The position numbers and the translations under genes were made by a program. This document shows positions 35,669 through 48,028 of a stretch of DNA of 64,000 nucleotides, piece by piece. Below the pieces are notes generated by a model that saw only the letters and a list, made by a program, of their open reading frames with translations, was not told where the DNA came from and did not search any database. Each line of letters starts with the position of its first letter. The first letter of the stretch is position 1. This DNA is from Lepidodermella squamata. Taxonomy: Eukaryota; Animalia; Gastrotricha. The stretch is taken from NCBI GenBank assembly GCA_047495785.1, contig JBLDXI010000024.1:124001-188000 (forward strand), in the 5' to 3' direction.

Positions 35669-38600
35669 CAGGGTGTTCTTTTTAAAACCGAACATCCTGC
35701 CGTAGTCGCGAAAAATAAATTTGCCGGCTATTTTACGAAAATAATTTTACTAAAATAATTTTTTATCACTTTTAATAATTATTTTTAATTTTATTTTCAA
35801 TTGCGCGATGCCCTTGAATTTTAGCGCGCGTTGCCACGTCGACGCCTCGGTTTTTAAATTTTAGCGGTTAAAACGCCTGAAATCAGGGTTTTCGCGCCTG
35901 GTTCCTAAGGTAACCGGCAAGCGCGCGGCTCCTTGCCGCGCATCATTCAAGTCAGTTAAGCGAGCTTAATGTTTTAGCCGCGCCGTTTTTTCTTATTCGG
36001 TCTCAGTTTTCGCAATGTGGTATACCCAAAATCGGTGAAAAGAGCCTTAAATTGCGCTTCCTTGACGTTGAAATCCACCGCTGGAATCAAGAAGACGGCG
36101 GTGCAACGTGGTTCTCTGCTGTCTTGAGGAGTCTAATGATATAACAAGCGGCCTTGAAAACTTGTCGCTCAAGTTTCAGTCCGCGGATCAGAGAAACGCA
36201 CCCTTTTCTGGGCGAAATGCAATGCAACTAGCTGTTTCACGATGAAAAGGGCAGTGGTATCATGTAAATAAACGGAAAGCTGGGGGGAAACATGTCGAAT
36301 TTACTGGCATAGATGTTGCTGATGCGGAAGACACGTTGCCTTCCTTCATTATCCTTGATGTTCTCTCATCCTTGTGTGATACTTCGTCGTCCGCAGTGAG
36401 GCCGTAACTAACTTCTATAGACTAATTAAAGCTGATCTCAAAGGCGTTACCACCGTTATCATCAAAGCTGTCTCGTAGAACATGTTCATAATATCAAAAA
36501 GAAAAAATACAAGGTATTTTAGATTACGATGATTTAGCCGCTCAGTTTATTTCGTTTACTGCTGTTCGTAACATCAGTCATGTTCCTTACTAAGGATAGT
36601 GGTTTACAAGTCAGCGTAGCTTGGTGCTTAGTAAGGACTGTCATCCTAATAGTCATAACTATGGACACTCACTCTTCACTCTACGCCGCGTCTTTTAAGG
36701 TGCACAGGTCCATCTGAGATCAGATCCTTAGATCGCTCAGTCTGAAGTCTGAGTAAGGATGGTTGAGTAAGCCATTCCTACCAAGCATACCAGTGACACC
36801 GCGTCCTTACTTGGAAGCCATCTTGCTGAGGATGTCTTGCTTAGTAAGGACATCCTTAGTAAGGAATTCCTTATAGCAAGATTGCTTTCAAGTAAAGAGA
36901 GCGCTTAGCATCTATAAATGCATCCTTAACATCCATAGCATGGAAAATCAACATCGCTAGGCTATGAACAGCCGTTTATTTGCACCATTCAGATCAAGTT
37001 GAGTGTTTAACAAAACGTCATGTAAACTTTAACATCATTGGCAGCATCCGGCGCGCGGCGTGAGTCGTTAAGAGTGAGAATTTAGCATCATTTTCGGCGA
37101 AAATTCATTGGTATCACTGGATCCGCCGGAGATTTGAAAACAGCCGATGACTGAGACAACGCTTAGGACTGATAACCGAGATCTTATTCAGACATTGATC
37201 ACTCGTTTGCGGCGGCGCAGGGCAGCGGCGGGAATATTCCGTGGTGATGCCCGTGTCCTGTCATCAATTTCCCTGCGGTAACCGCAGTTGCGGGCGGGTG
37301 TAACTGTTTGTGAGACTGCGGTAACAAAGCAAGTTTAACACCACGCCAGTCTTTGTCTTTTATATGCATCCTTTTGATCTCTGATTCTACGCGTCCTGTA
37401 AGAACAGTCCAGCATTCTCGCATAGATTTTACGTTTCTTGTAATATTTTAGTGGTAAACTATTTGATTGATGTAACTTCAAGCGCAATAAATCACAATAA
37501 TATAACGCGCCCCACCCGCTGAATTTCCCGGAGAAATAGAAGAATAAGCGAAAACAAACGATTTCAAACCTTAGCCCTAATGCGGCCGCTGAAAAACAAT
37601 AGCAGCGGCTGAAATGTGTCAACGGGTAAAGTCTTTTGCAGAATTTTAACACGATTAAAGCTATATATTCACACAATGCCTAAAATTCATGCGTCGACGT
37701 CATATGGCCCCATAATTCACGAAGGATTGCGGCTACAACGCGTTGAAACGTCCTCTAACAAGGATGGTATGGTATCAGAAAGCCGACCCAGCGCTCGAGT
37801 TAGGGCGGCAACACCAGCATTTTTCTGCTTTATTGTCAAACTGACATCTTCTCTTAGCAAGTTCACTTATGTTGGCCAAAATTTAACCGCTAAATTATTT
37901 GCTACGACCAAAAATATCCCGAAAAACCCGAAAAAACCCGAAAAATGCATGCCAAGCCACTTAAAGCGGAAAACCGCGTTGTCCAACCTAAAAGTAATGG
38001 TAACTAAGAAATATACAGTTTATTCTACCAGAAAACCATGAGAAAGATTGTTCTTACCAGATTATTTCATGAAATGGGCTATCCTTAAGGTTGCTGATCT
38101 GACTCAATGATGACGTCTAACCAGAGTGTGTAGGGCAGACGAAAGTCGATCCTGCGCTCGAATTACGGCGGCAACACTAGCTTTTTTCTGCTTTGTCGTC
38201 ATATTGATATAGTCTCCAAGCAAAATCACCCAATTTTTTCCATATCTGACCGTTGATTATTTCCCAGCATCAATAAATGTTCCGATAAACCCGAATAACT
38301 CCATTTTAACGTCTAAATGCATCCTAAGCCGTAAAACGAGAAAAACCACGGTGACCCCCCAAAAAGACATGGTAACTAAGAAATTTACACTCTATTCTAC
38401 CAGAAAACAATGAGTAACAATGCTAATTAAGCAAAATTCATGACATGGACCATCTTGAAGATCGTTCATCTGGCCAGAGGATGAGATCTATCACAGCAGG
38501 TATGGCAGAAGGAAGTCCCTCCTGCTCACGAGTAAGTATGGCAACACCGACTTTTTCTTGTTTCATTGTCAAAGTATTTATGTCTCCTAGTGAATTCACT

Positions 38601-39418
38601 CATTTGAGCCCCTATTTGACCGCTGAATTGTTTGCTAACATTGTAAATGTTCCGAATATCCCGAAAAACTCCATTTATCGACAGAATGCATCCATAGCAG
38701 CAGCAAGTGAAAAACCGCGGTGACCCTCCAAAAAGTAACGGTAACTAAGTAGTATTTACTCTGCTTTACAAGAAAACAATGAGAGACAGTGTTTTTGACG
38801 GGTGATTTGAAGGCATAGACCTCCTTGAAGATGGTGATAATGAGATCTATGCCCTGAAAGACCGGCTGGCTGTTAGGGCAGACGTGCTAAAAATAACCAT
38901 CATCCTACAAAAACGGCTGTGGTAATCTTGTAGAGAATACATTACTGTACTTAGAAACGCTGTTTCCGCAAGGTATAACCGCACTTAGGTGAAAGTTTCC
39001 GGGGTTAAACGCTCAAGATCTGCGAAAAACGGCATAAAAATGGCTTGTTTAGGCTTAGCGCATACGTCTAATTGAGCCATATTTAGAAAAAATGACGCCG
39101 GCTGCCTTATTAAATGCTTGAAATGCTATCAGAAAAACACTAACAAAGGTGTCGTCACCGGTGATAAAATGCGGAATTACGGGGATGAACTTGCGCGCCG
39201 GGGAACTTGCGGTGCGCGGAGCGGCTACAACGCGAAAACGGGCCGCATCGCGCAGCACGCTTTTTCGTAGCAACAAAATTTTTATTTAAAAAAAATTATT
39301 AATATAACAAAATACAAATATTTTTAAAAGGAAATTTAATTTTGAGTATAAAAATTTGCGGTAGCACGCGATTTTCCAACGCGCGCGGCGGATGTTCGGT
39401 TTTAAAAAGAACACCCTG
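35669..39418. mobile_element. Non-autonomous Tc1/mariner-superfamily DNA transposon, 3750 bp
   Basis: Perfect 29-bp TIR CAGGGTGTTCTTTTTAAAACCGAACATCC at 35669-35697 and its reverse complement at 39390-39418, flanked by TA on both sides; no DDE/D transposase ORF seen. Confidence 0.88.
37765..38880. repeat. Three diverged ~360-370 bp tandem repeat units inside the transposon
   Basis: Recurring anchors ggcaacac (~37807, 38170, 38540), ggtaactaag (~38000, 38371, 38740) and agaaaac.atgag. Confidence 0.8.
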
Positions 39419-40319
39419 TACATCAGGATCTCAGCTGCATCTCACAACCCGCCTTCGCCCCTCACAGACGCCACGAATTGATATGGCTGCATGCGATTCA
39501 TCGACGTGGAAAAACGAGCGGAGATCTCGGGCGCGACAAGTTGCTTTCTCATCTGCTCCTGCGGTCAAAATTGCACAAGTCTTAAAAAACGTCAAAGCCC
39601 CCGGATCTTGACCAAATTTGTAGTCTCTGCCGCTAATTATTAATAGGTAAGGTGATGGAAAGCCGAACGAATTCGATTCGAAATTTGACATTCAGCGTGA
39701 CGATGAGCGTTCGCCGGCTTGGTCTGAATAAAGAAAATGGCAACCGGGCAATACCGTGGTCCCGGTCAACAGATCACTGCTGAAAATTTCGACGATATGG
39801 TTAAAGAACTGCCAGAAGGCGTTTATTATTTATTATTGAAGGAGCCATAACGCCCAGAAGAGGACAGCTCATGCAAGTGATCAATTGAAATTGAAAGTAA
39901 ACAACATCAGGATGCGCCGCTTCGTGCCTGCGAATCTCATTCAAGCCGGGGTGGTCCTCGTCCAGGAGGGCAAGCGAAGAAACCCGGCTCAGACGAACAC
40001 CTGTTTCTTCCTGATCAGGAGCCTAGAATTCGCGTGAAATGCGGTCAATGCCGAAAGCATTGCGCGATAGCGCTTTGACCCGGAGACAAAGAAAACCGTG
40101 AATAGCACTGAGGAAGCGACCGTTTTTGACAGTTGTTACCAAGTAGAGTGACGGATGACAAAGCTAAAAACGGCCACTCGTTAGTGGAATTCGTTGACTT
40201 TGTTAACTGATACAATCTGATTGTGGCAACAGAAGGGATACTTCTAAAACAGCCAGTCTCAGATAGGAGGGCTCCGAAGTGATCACTTCGTTCTCTATGA
40301 ACCCACCGCGCCGAATTTC

Positions 40320-40780
40320 TCGATAACAATCAACGGTACATTGTTCAGCCCACGGAAATCATGAAGACTCTGGGCTTCACCATCGACAATAAATTTACGT
40401 TCAAACAACACATCAAAGACACGAAAAGCAAGGCGCGGAAAGGCCTGTTCGCGCTCAAACCAGCAGTCAAATTCGTCGACCGCAAAACAGCTATTCTGAT
40501 GGCAAACGGCCTGATATTGAGCCATCTTAATTATGGCGACTTGACTTTGGGACAAGCAGCACCGACAACGTTGCATCGGCTCCCATCGCGCCGTTCGAAT
40601 CATATGCGGCGCTCATCCTCGTCGCCTCGGTTGGGTCAGCGTGCATCAGAAGCATGCAATTCATTGGCCACTTTCGTATGAAAATGTCTCAACGGTCAAG
40701 CCTCTGCAGCGATGCGGGCCATGTTCCAGCAGAATGAACCGAGCCAGTATGAAATGCGTCACTTTGAACCGATGTTCCAT
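40320..40780 (+). mobile_element. Degenerate 5'-truncated non-LTR retrotransposon (CR1/L2/Jockey-like) RT C-terminal remnant
   Basis: KTLGFTIDNKFTFKQHI...KARKGLFALK...LILSHLNYG resembles the LINE RT-end consensus K.LGv.iD..L.F..Hi....a...l..L...li.s.ldYg; frameshifted. Confidence 0.75.
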
Positions 40781-41528
40781 ACTCCATATTCCATTCTCAT
40801 TTTTTGCAAATTGTTTGTCAACAGTCAGCAAATAGTCAACGGTTTAGCAGAAAGTTGTTTCTTGGCGCCTCACCTCAGAAGTCACGTTGTTTTCCAATGA
40901 AGAGTAATTAATAATTTTTATATATTTACAGAAAGCACTGTGAGAGTTTATAAAGTGTCTCATTTTGCTTCACTATGTACGGCCCTGTACTGAATTTATG
41001 TCGTATTTATGATTGTAGTTTTTTCCTCTGATTAGCAGGATTCAAGATTATAGCCCAATTAATTGAGTTGCAGGTTTTATTCATTTCATCTATTGTCATT
41101 CAGTCAATGAGTTCATCAACGACCTATAAAATTGTTGCCAAGTTGAGGGTGACTGGCATAATCTGTGCGACGATGAGTGACGGCATAGCTGATTATAAGA
41201 AAAAGATAACACAAAAGGTGCTTCAGCGTAAAAAGCCGGAGAGTTCATTGATTAAAATCGCCGTTGGTAGGAAAATATGCATACATTGCATCAGATATGC
41301 AGGGTGCACTAGGTATTGCGCTGATAGAACGCACTACGTGATGATTCATCTATTGCATCAGCCACTCATTCAATATAAAAGCAGCCTATAGTATCCTCAT
41401 TCGCTTCATTTTCTCACACATCTTAGTTTAATCTTACATCTTAGTTTAAAAACTAAAACAGGCATGGAGTAGATAAACGAATAACGTTTTTTACCAGCGA
41501 TCTTTAATTGATATCATGGCGAGCTACC

Positions 41529-42931
41529 ATGAAAATGCAAAAGGGCGACATAATCACCGAACTGCTAACGAATTGGCGCTTGCCGCACGTTGCGGCTCGC
41601 ATTTTTATGCATGCGGGCTACGGTCACGCGTTCCGCAACTGCACGCTTGTGTGCAAACGCTGGAACGACTTTCTGAACAGCCGAATGTTTTTCGAGACCT
41701 TCGTCGAATCGGAATTCGGTCGTCAGAAGGCTGTAGCTTGCAGCTTGTCGCCTTTAGACCTACGCCACATACTTCGATCAAATGAAATTTTCCGATTTCA
41801 TTCAACGGCGAGCGGCGAGAAAACAACCGGAATCACATGCTACGGCGCGAAAGCTCAGGCTTTGTCGAAACAGTTGAATCATGTCTATCGAAAACTGGTC
41901 AACAATGCGAAACCACCGAAAAATTTCTGGGTCATCAATATGGAGCGAATTTTGTCTTCACCGGCTTGTGCCTCGATGATACTGCAGAAACTGAACATGC
42001 CGATGAGTCTAGTCGGGAAAATGGTCACATATGATTCCAATTTAAATTCCTGGGTTCTGCCTATGGCTTTTTTGGACGCGAATTATCGAATACTCCAGCA
42101 GGCGAAAATCCAATTCTCCGACTCGGTGAGCTTACCTTGTTACTAGTTAAAAAATTATAATAATTCTCCAATCTTGCCTAGAATGGACTTGTCTCGTGGT
42201 TGATAATCAACAAGTACCATCCAAACACTCGGTACATCGCTTTAATTTCGGAATACGTCGAATTTCAATTCGTGCTACCGAGCAAGGCGATGAAAATGCA
42301 GCATTTCAAGGCTCTACTATCGCACTCAGCTGCTGGAAATGTTTCGAAGGTCGAAGAAATCTTGGCGCATGCAGGTGAAGATGTTGTTAATTTTCGACAT
42401 CATGGGACAGGAATAACAGCTCTGCATCAAGCTGCTGTAAATGGCCACCTTGACGTAGTTGATCTGTTGCTGAATCGAGGCGCAAATGGGGTGATGAGCA
42501 TTCCAATGTCATCCTTCAGCTGCGAAGACATTCTGCCGGTTGAAGCAGCACTGCAGTACAAGCAAGAGGCAGTTGCCGAGCTTTTAGTAACCCGGGTCTA
42601 TCATTCTCCGCTGACGCTGACTCATGCTCTAGGGCGCCTGTTGGAAAAGAATTGCCACCATGCAATAGGTTTTCTTGTCGACCACGGAGCTGACGTAAAT
42701 TATGTTGCGCCAGCTGAAGATGATTTCGAAGAATCCTCATTCCTACTAACTGCGATCAAAAAGGAAGACATAGCCGGTGTAGCCGAGTTGCTGAAATACG
42801 GCGCTGATGTCGGACTGGTGACAAATGGCTGCGAAACCCCTTTCGAAATTGCCACAGCGTTAAGCCATCAATCGCCTGAAATGGCTGTGATCGCTCAGAT
42901 GATTCTGGCTGCTTCTAAAATCGGAAGATGA
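41529..42931 (+). CDS. N-terminal F-box + C-terminal ankyrin-repeat protein; exons 41529-42125, 42182-42931
   Basis: beta-TrCP-like F-box DIITELL...LPHVAARIF......RNCTLVCKRWNDFL; ankyrin repeats GITALHQAAVNGHLDVVDLLLNRGA, LVDHGADVN, LLKYGADV...GCETPFEIA; 56-nt phase-0 intron. Confidence 0.75.
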
Positions 42932-45137
42932 TGACATTTACTACATTTTAATTTGCGGTTTTTATTTGGTATTAATTGTACGTAATAAATTAAGAATTTC
43001 AACGCGAGTTTTTTTATCATTTTTGATGCCGAATTGATTTACGGCTACTGGTAGAAAGATGAGTAATCAAATAATTGACCACTGCTTCGCCTCCTTATTT
43101 CTATTTTTGATTTATTTAATTTACAACGTCTAGTCTTAAATAAAAATTTGAATGGTGCATGTTAATTTTTTTCAGCAGTCGTCTAGGGACATCATTTATA
43201 TCTCGCAAAACTGAATGCGGCAGAATTTTGATCGAAGAGGCATTTTTCGTGCATCAGATAGCAGAGGGCAGTTTTAAATTTTTACAGGAAAAAAGTGATA
43301 GCCATGCAAATCGACATATGTACGAAGTTGTTTACACGCCTCGCCGCCGCTGTTCAAGTAGGGCGCCAACTTAAAACTGACCGGACAGATCTAAATGATG
43401 ACCAGCCCGCGCGTCGGTTATATTGTGATTAGACAGCTCTTTTCCGCTCGATCGCATTTCCGCGCCTGAATCTGCTGTCACGACGACTTGGACAGCAGCG
43501 CTGCTGGTTCATTTGCCTAACGACTGCTATACACAGTTGTTTATGTGGGAAACAGCACTTCACAAATTGTGCCGCGCTTGCATATAGCGTAATAATGAGA
43601 ATCTGACCCACTTTTATAGCCAATGAAAATTAGGTTACCCGCGGCTACCAACCTCTTCAAAACATCGGTCCAATTTGTCCCGCCCGATGCTTATATGGCG
43701 GCATCAAAAATTTAGCTAGCTAGCTAACCGACTTCCAGCCATCATCGTTTCATTCAACGCGCGTTGTCATTTCGCTTGTCAAATTATCGAGTGTAATCGG
43801 CTGGTTTATATTGCTTGTACGATGTTTCAGACGAAAATAATACTTCCATCATAAATTCCTGCGCATCACATCGCACGCGTAGGAAATATAGTAAGTATTG
43901 CGCCGATTTTTACGTTTTGCCTGGCGCGTATAACCAGCACGGCAATAAATAATATCACTCATCATGTCGATGATACGTGCTTCTTTGCTTTGGGATCAAC
44001 TTTTATGCCCTCCACCATCGAAAAAACCTGATGTCGAGCTATAAAACTCGTCCGCTATATAAAAATAGCCTCTGCGTATCGAAAGCACCTTATTCGCTGG
44101 CTAGTACCTATAATTTGATTCCGAGACATCGCCCTGTATTAGCATATGGAGTGCTTCCAGTTTTTTCCCAATGCAGCCTCTCTCATTGCCATCGTCGACA
44201 GGTCGCATTATTTATGCGCAATCAACACCGCGTCTGAATTTGCTAGGTTTTCTGGTAATCGAGTTTACCAAAAGCCATCTTTTTCGAGTTTCTTTTCCTT
44301 GGCGGCTCAAATTCGAATTTCAACAACTTTGTATCATGTAACACCCAATGGCTGTAAATCCCATGGCAGGCAGTGTCGGGCTATAAAATTGCATTATCCG
44401 TGTCGGCATTGCCAAATTTTCTGTGAATCATTGAGACAAAATTAGCTGGCTTGAATGCTGCGCGACGACGAGGGAGCGCCGCACTGCGCACGTTCCGCCC
44501 GGCAACAGCTCATCGCAACAGCGGCCCCGTGGGCATTGGCAATTTGCATAAAGTCTGCGCCGTCTTGTTCGCGCGCTCTCTTGTCGTCGCTCGCGATACC
44601 ATCGACGATGCGCGCCAATAACGCTCAAATGATGGTAGCGCGATCGCGATTTCCAGCGCAAGTGGCGTTCGCTAATATACAACGACTTGATATATCTCAC
44701 GCTTCGGCAATGCAATAATATTGTTGCGTAAATTTCCATACACATGTTTATAAGTTATTATCATTATTATTTTTGCATTATGCAGAGGGATGAGAACGAA
44801 AAGCATGTCACTTGATAACGATGAGACAACAGTTTTTGTTTCGACGTATGGCAACTTTGCGATCACGCTCGGCAATAAAATGCCGCTCCCGTCGTGATCA
44901 AATGGCAGCAGATGTTCGCGCCGCCGCGGGTCACTGCGCTGCCGCAGAAATCTCTAACTCTCTCGCTGTCATTTTGCCGCTGTGATCGCGTTTCTTCTCG
45001 CGCCGAGCGCAAAAAAACACTGTGAACCGCAGTATATCGCTTGCACCGAGTAGTCAATTATGTACTGCACTCTATTGTTTTTGTCGGTTCTCTTCTAGGA
45101 TTAAAAGTGAATTGTTTAACTGGTACTTGCCACGCAG

Positions 45138-47299
45138 ATGGGCGCCAACGCTTCGTCGCCGCGACGCGCCACGCAGCGCTCGCAGACGAACGGCCGGCTC
45201 AAGGGCAGCAACAGCGGCACCATTTCGAACATATTGGACAATTCGAGCAGTAAGGTAAAGACAAATCTTGCTTTTTCCATGTAAAAAAAAATAACTTCGA
45301 GAAATCTCTTAACTAGAACATGAGTCTTTGAATTATTTAACTTTTTTTCAAAGCGTTTGATCATTTTTTTGAAATTCGAGAATTTTTATAACACTCACAA
45401 ATATTCACAAAATCTCTAAATAGGTAACGGATACGAAATTTGTTTATACGGCGGCTAATCTGGGCTCTGTATCGGCTGTTGAAGACCTTTCGAAGAGGTC
45501 GCGCCACCGCGGTCGGCGCAATGTAGCCAGCATGGCTGCGGGCGTCATGGCGAATTTTCGCAAAACAATATTGCACCAGCTGCTGTTTCGCAAGGGCCAT
45601 CACTCGGCAGTTCGACCAGGCAGTCCGTTGCAACAACCAGTTGCGATGCGACCAGTCAACCGTAGTGCATCATCGATCAGCAAGCGATCATCGCTTGTTG
45701 CAGCGCCGGTTGCTCGATTCGACGAATCTGAACCAGAGACGAGTCAGATTTTCCACGCCAGTCAACACCACCGAGCCAGGTCTACGGAAAGGCGGCGGAA
45801 CAACAACGTGGGGACTGGGACTCACCAGAAACAAGCTCCGAAAGAGCAGAGCGTGTCTCAACAGCAAACTGGGACGACGACGCATGTCAGGATCAGAATA
45901 AGTTGTTCAGACAACTTGGGCGGGTCTTTGAGGCGCTGCGATGTCGCGACGCAAACAGAACAGGAGAATAAGAGCTGTGCGAGAAGTTCGACCCGCACGC
46001 CGTCGAGCCATCGCCATCGCCAGTGTCTGGAAAAGGAGAATAACAGCCGGGCGCTGAGCATCGACAGCGGCAACTGCATGACGAAGAGCACGTCAATGGA
46101 CGGCGCCAAGGACCGTTCTTCCGTCTGTTGGTCGGCCAGCAATGCCAGCTCAGCCAGCAGTGGCGTAGACGTTGGAAGCGATGAAACGACAGCGAACTCT
46201 TTGATGACATCCTCGACTTCATCCGCTGGCGCGTCGTCGACCTCGAAAGCCGCAGTAGCACCAGCTGCGAGTGAATCGGCCAAGGGCGTGGTGACACGGC
46301 GCACGACGATCCAAGCTTCGACCGGTGAGCTGCTCGAATGCCTCGGCCAATTCGTAAAAGCGCGATTTTCGCACATTGCCGGTGTGACAAGCTCAACTGT
46401 TGTGAGCTGGCTTCGCGCCGTCGACCGTTCGCTGATTTCTCAAGGCTGGCAGGACACGCGTAAGTAAAACGAACAATTTTTAAGGCGGCATTTTTGAAAT
46501 TTTAATTCTATTTCATTTTTTTTTAGCTTTCATCAGTCCCGGCACCGTCGTGTTCGTTTACCTGCTGTTGCGCGACTCGGTGATGCCGCATCCTTCGGCG
46601 CGCCTAGGTTCGCCCACCTCTCACTCGTCGTCGTTTTACAGCGCCGGTGACGTGATGCATTTCGACCCGTCGCTAAAACCGACGCTGTTCGACCTGCATT
46701 GCCACGTCAACGCTTGCCTTTACATTGCGTACTCGTACGTCGGCATCGAAATCTCATACCCGCAACGGCCCTTCAACGTTGTCGAACCACCACCGCCCTC
46801 GATTCCGCCCACGTCGACCATCGACTTTTGGCAACGCACCCTTGATATCACCCTGGCTCTGGCCGATAAAATGCTACGCCTCAACGCCGATCCGCTGTAT
46901 TTTGCTCGCACCTTTGCCGAGTTAAAATCGCAGGGTGTGTCCACCGTTGCGACAAACACAACTACGTCAACGACGCCGAATTATGCGCAGGTCGTCAGTT
47001 ATCAGAATAACAACCCATCGCCGCCGAACAGTCTCAGCCCTCCATGCCTATCACCGAGCGCAAGTGATACTTCGTCCCCGCCTGTCGATGTCCCCTCAGC
47101 AGTTTCTCGGCAACATCGGCAACAACGAAGCAGCATCAGCAAGAACACAAACTACTCGAATCTGCCGCAAACAAAAACAACAGCATCGAACGCAATTTTC
47201 ACAAGTTCGACGGGCAATCATTGTCGGGGCGCAGTGATTACGCCAGGTCAAATGGCACGCGAACGCGTCGGCGAGCACTATTCATCGCTAGTCGTTTGA
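45138..47299 (+). CDS. CDK5R1: CDK5 regulatory subunit p35/p39; exons 45138-45254, 45424-46459, 46527-47299
   Basis: Myristoylation-type start MGANAS; IQASTGELLECLGQF, WLRAVDRSLISQGWQD|TPFISPGTVVFVYLL, CLYIAYSYVGIEISYP, MLRLNADPLYFARTFAELK. Confidence 0.92.
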
Positions 47300-48028
47300 C
47301 CTGTGCGATATTACCCAAAAGAAAACAACACGCTCCGATCTCTTCACGTGTGATCCGCAAGATTTGCAAAACATTATTCTCATCTTTGCTTATATACTAA
47401 TTGTGCTAGTAGAGTAAATTCCTGACTTGACGGTGATCTTGATATGACCCAAAAACGTAGTGCCGATTTGCGTAATGTTTTTCCTGCGAAAAGAGCAGCT
47501 TTTATTGCTTGTCATTTATGTTGCGTTTTTACTCTCTAGTCCCCCCACTCATCTCATCGTGTGTTTGTATTCATTTGATGATTTTATTTCTGCGGCGATC
47601 GAAAATGAAGAGGTCAAAAGACGGCGAAGATCCTCGATAGTGCTTTCGACTTGCGATATTTCTCCAAGATAAACGTGTAAAAATTAAATTAGAAAAATTC
47701 GGTTTTATATCAGATAAAAAGTCGACTCGCAATCCCAATGATGAATACAGATGACTGGCCCAAAATAACGACGTACATTTTGGACAATCATTTCTCGCTT
47801 TTATTTGTACATAATTTATTAAAATCAATTATACGTGAAGCTATATTTAGTATAATATTATACAAGGCGTCAATTATGCAAAACGATGACATACTGATGT
47901 AAATAATATAATGTCGAAAAATTATTCACAGAGAGATCAAAGTAATAAAATTAAACGTCGATTCGATATTTTTGGCTTGGCTTTAGGGGTTATTGTGATT
48001 CCGGGAAGGTATTTTATACAATGAAATA

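Noticed and set aside
35440-39460. CATG-rich flanks of the mariner-type element with a short inverted match (tgagatgcagatga / tcagctgcatctca), suggesting an older palindromic host element
   Set aside because: Only one 14-bp match found; boundaries cannot be defined by eye
39900-40070. Weak resemblance to a hAT transposase dimerisation motif (QAGVVL...KRRN...FL) or a Cys-rich piggyBac tail
   Set aside because: Requires frameshifts and is too short to support without a search
43100-44900. Short ORFs upstream of the CDK5 activator
   Set aside because: No motifs or coherent splice model; likely regulatory or intergenic
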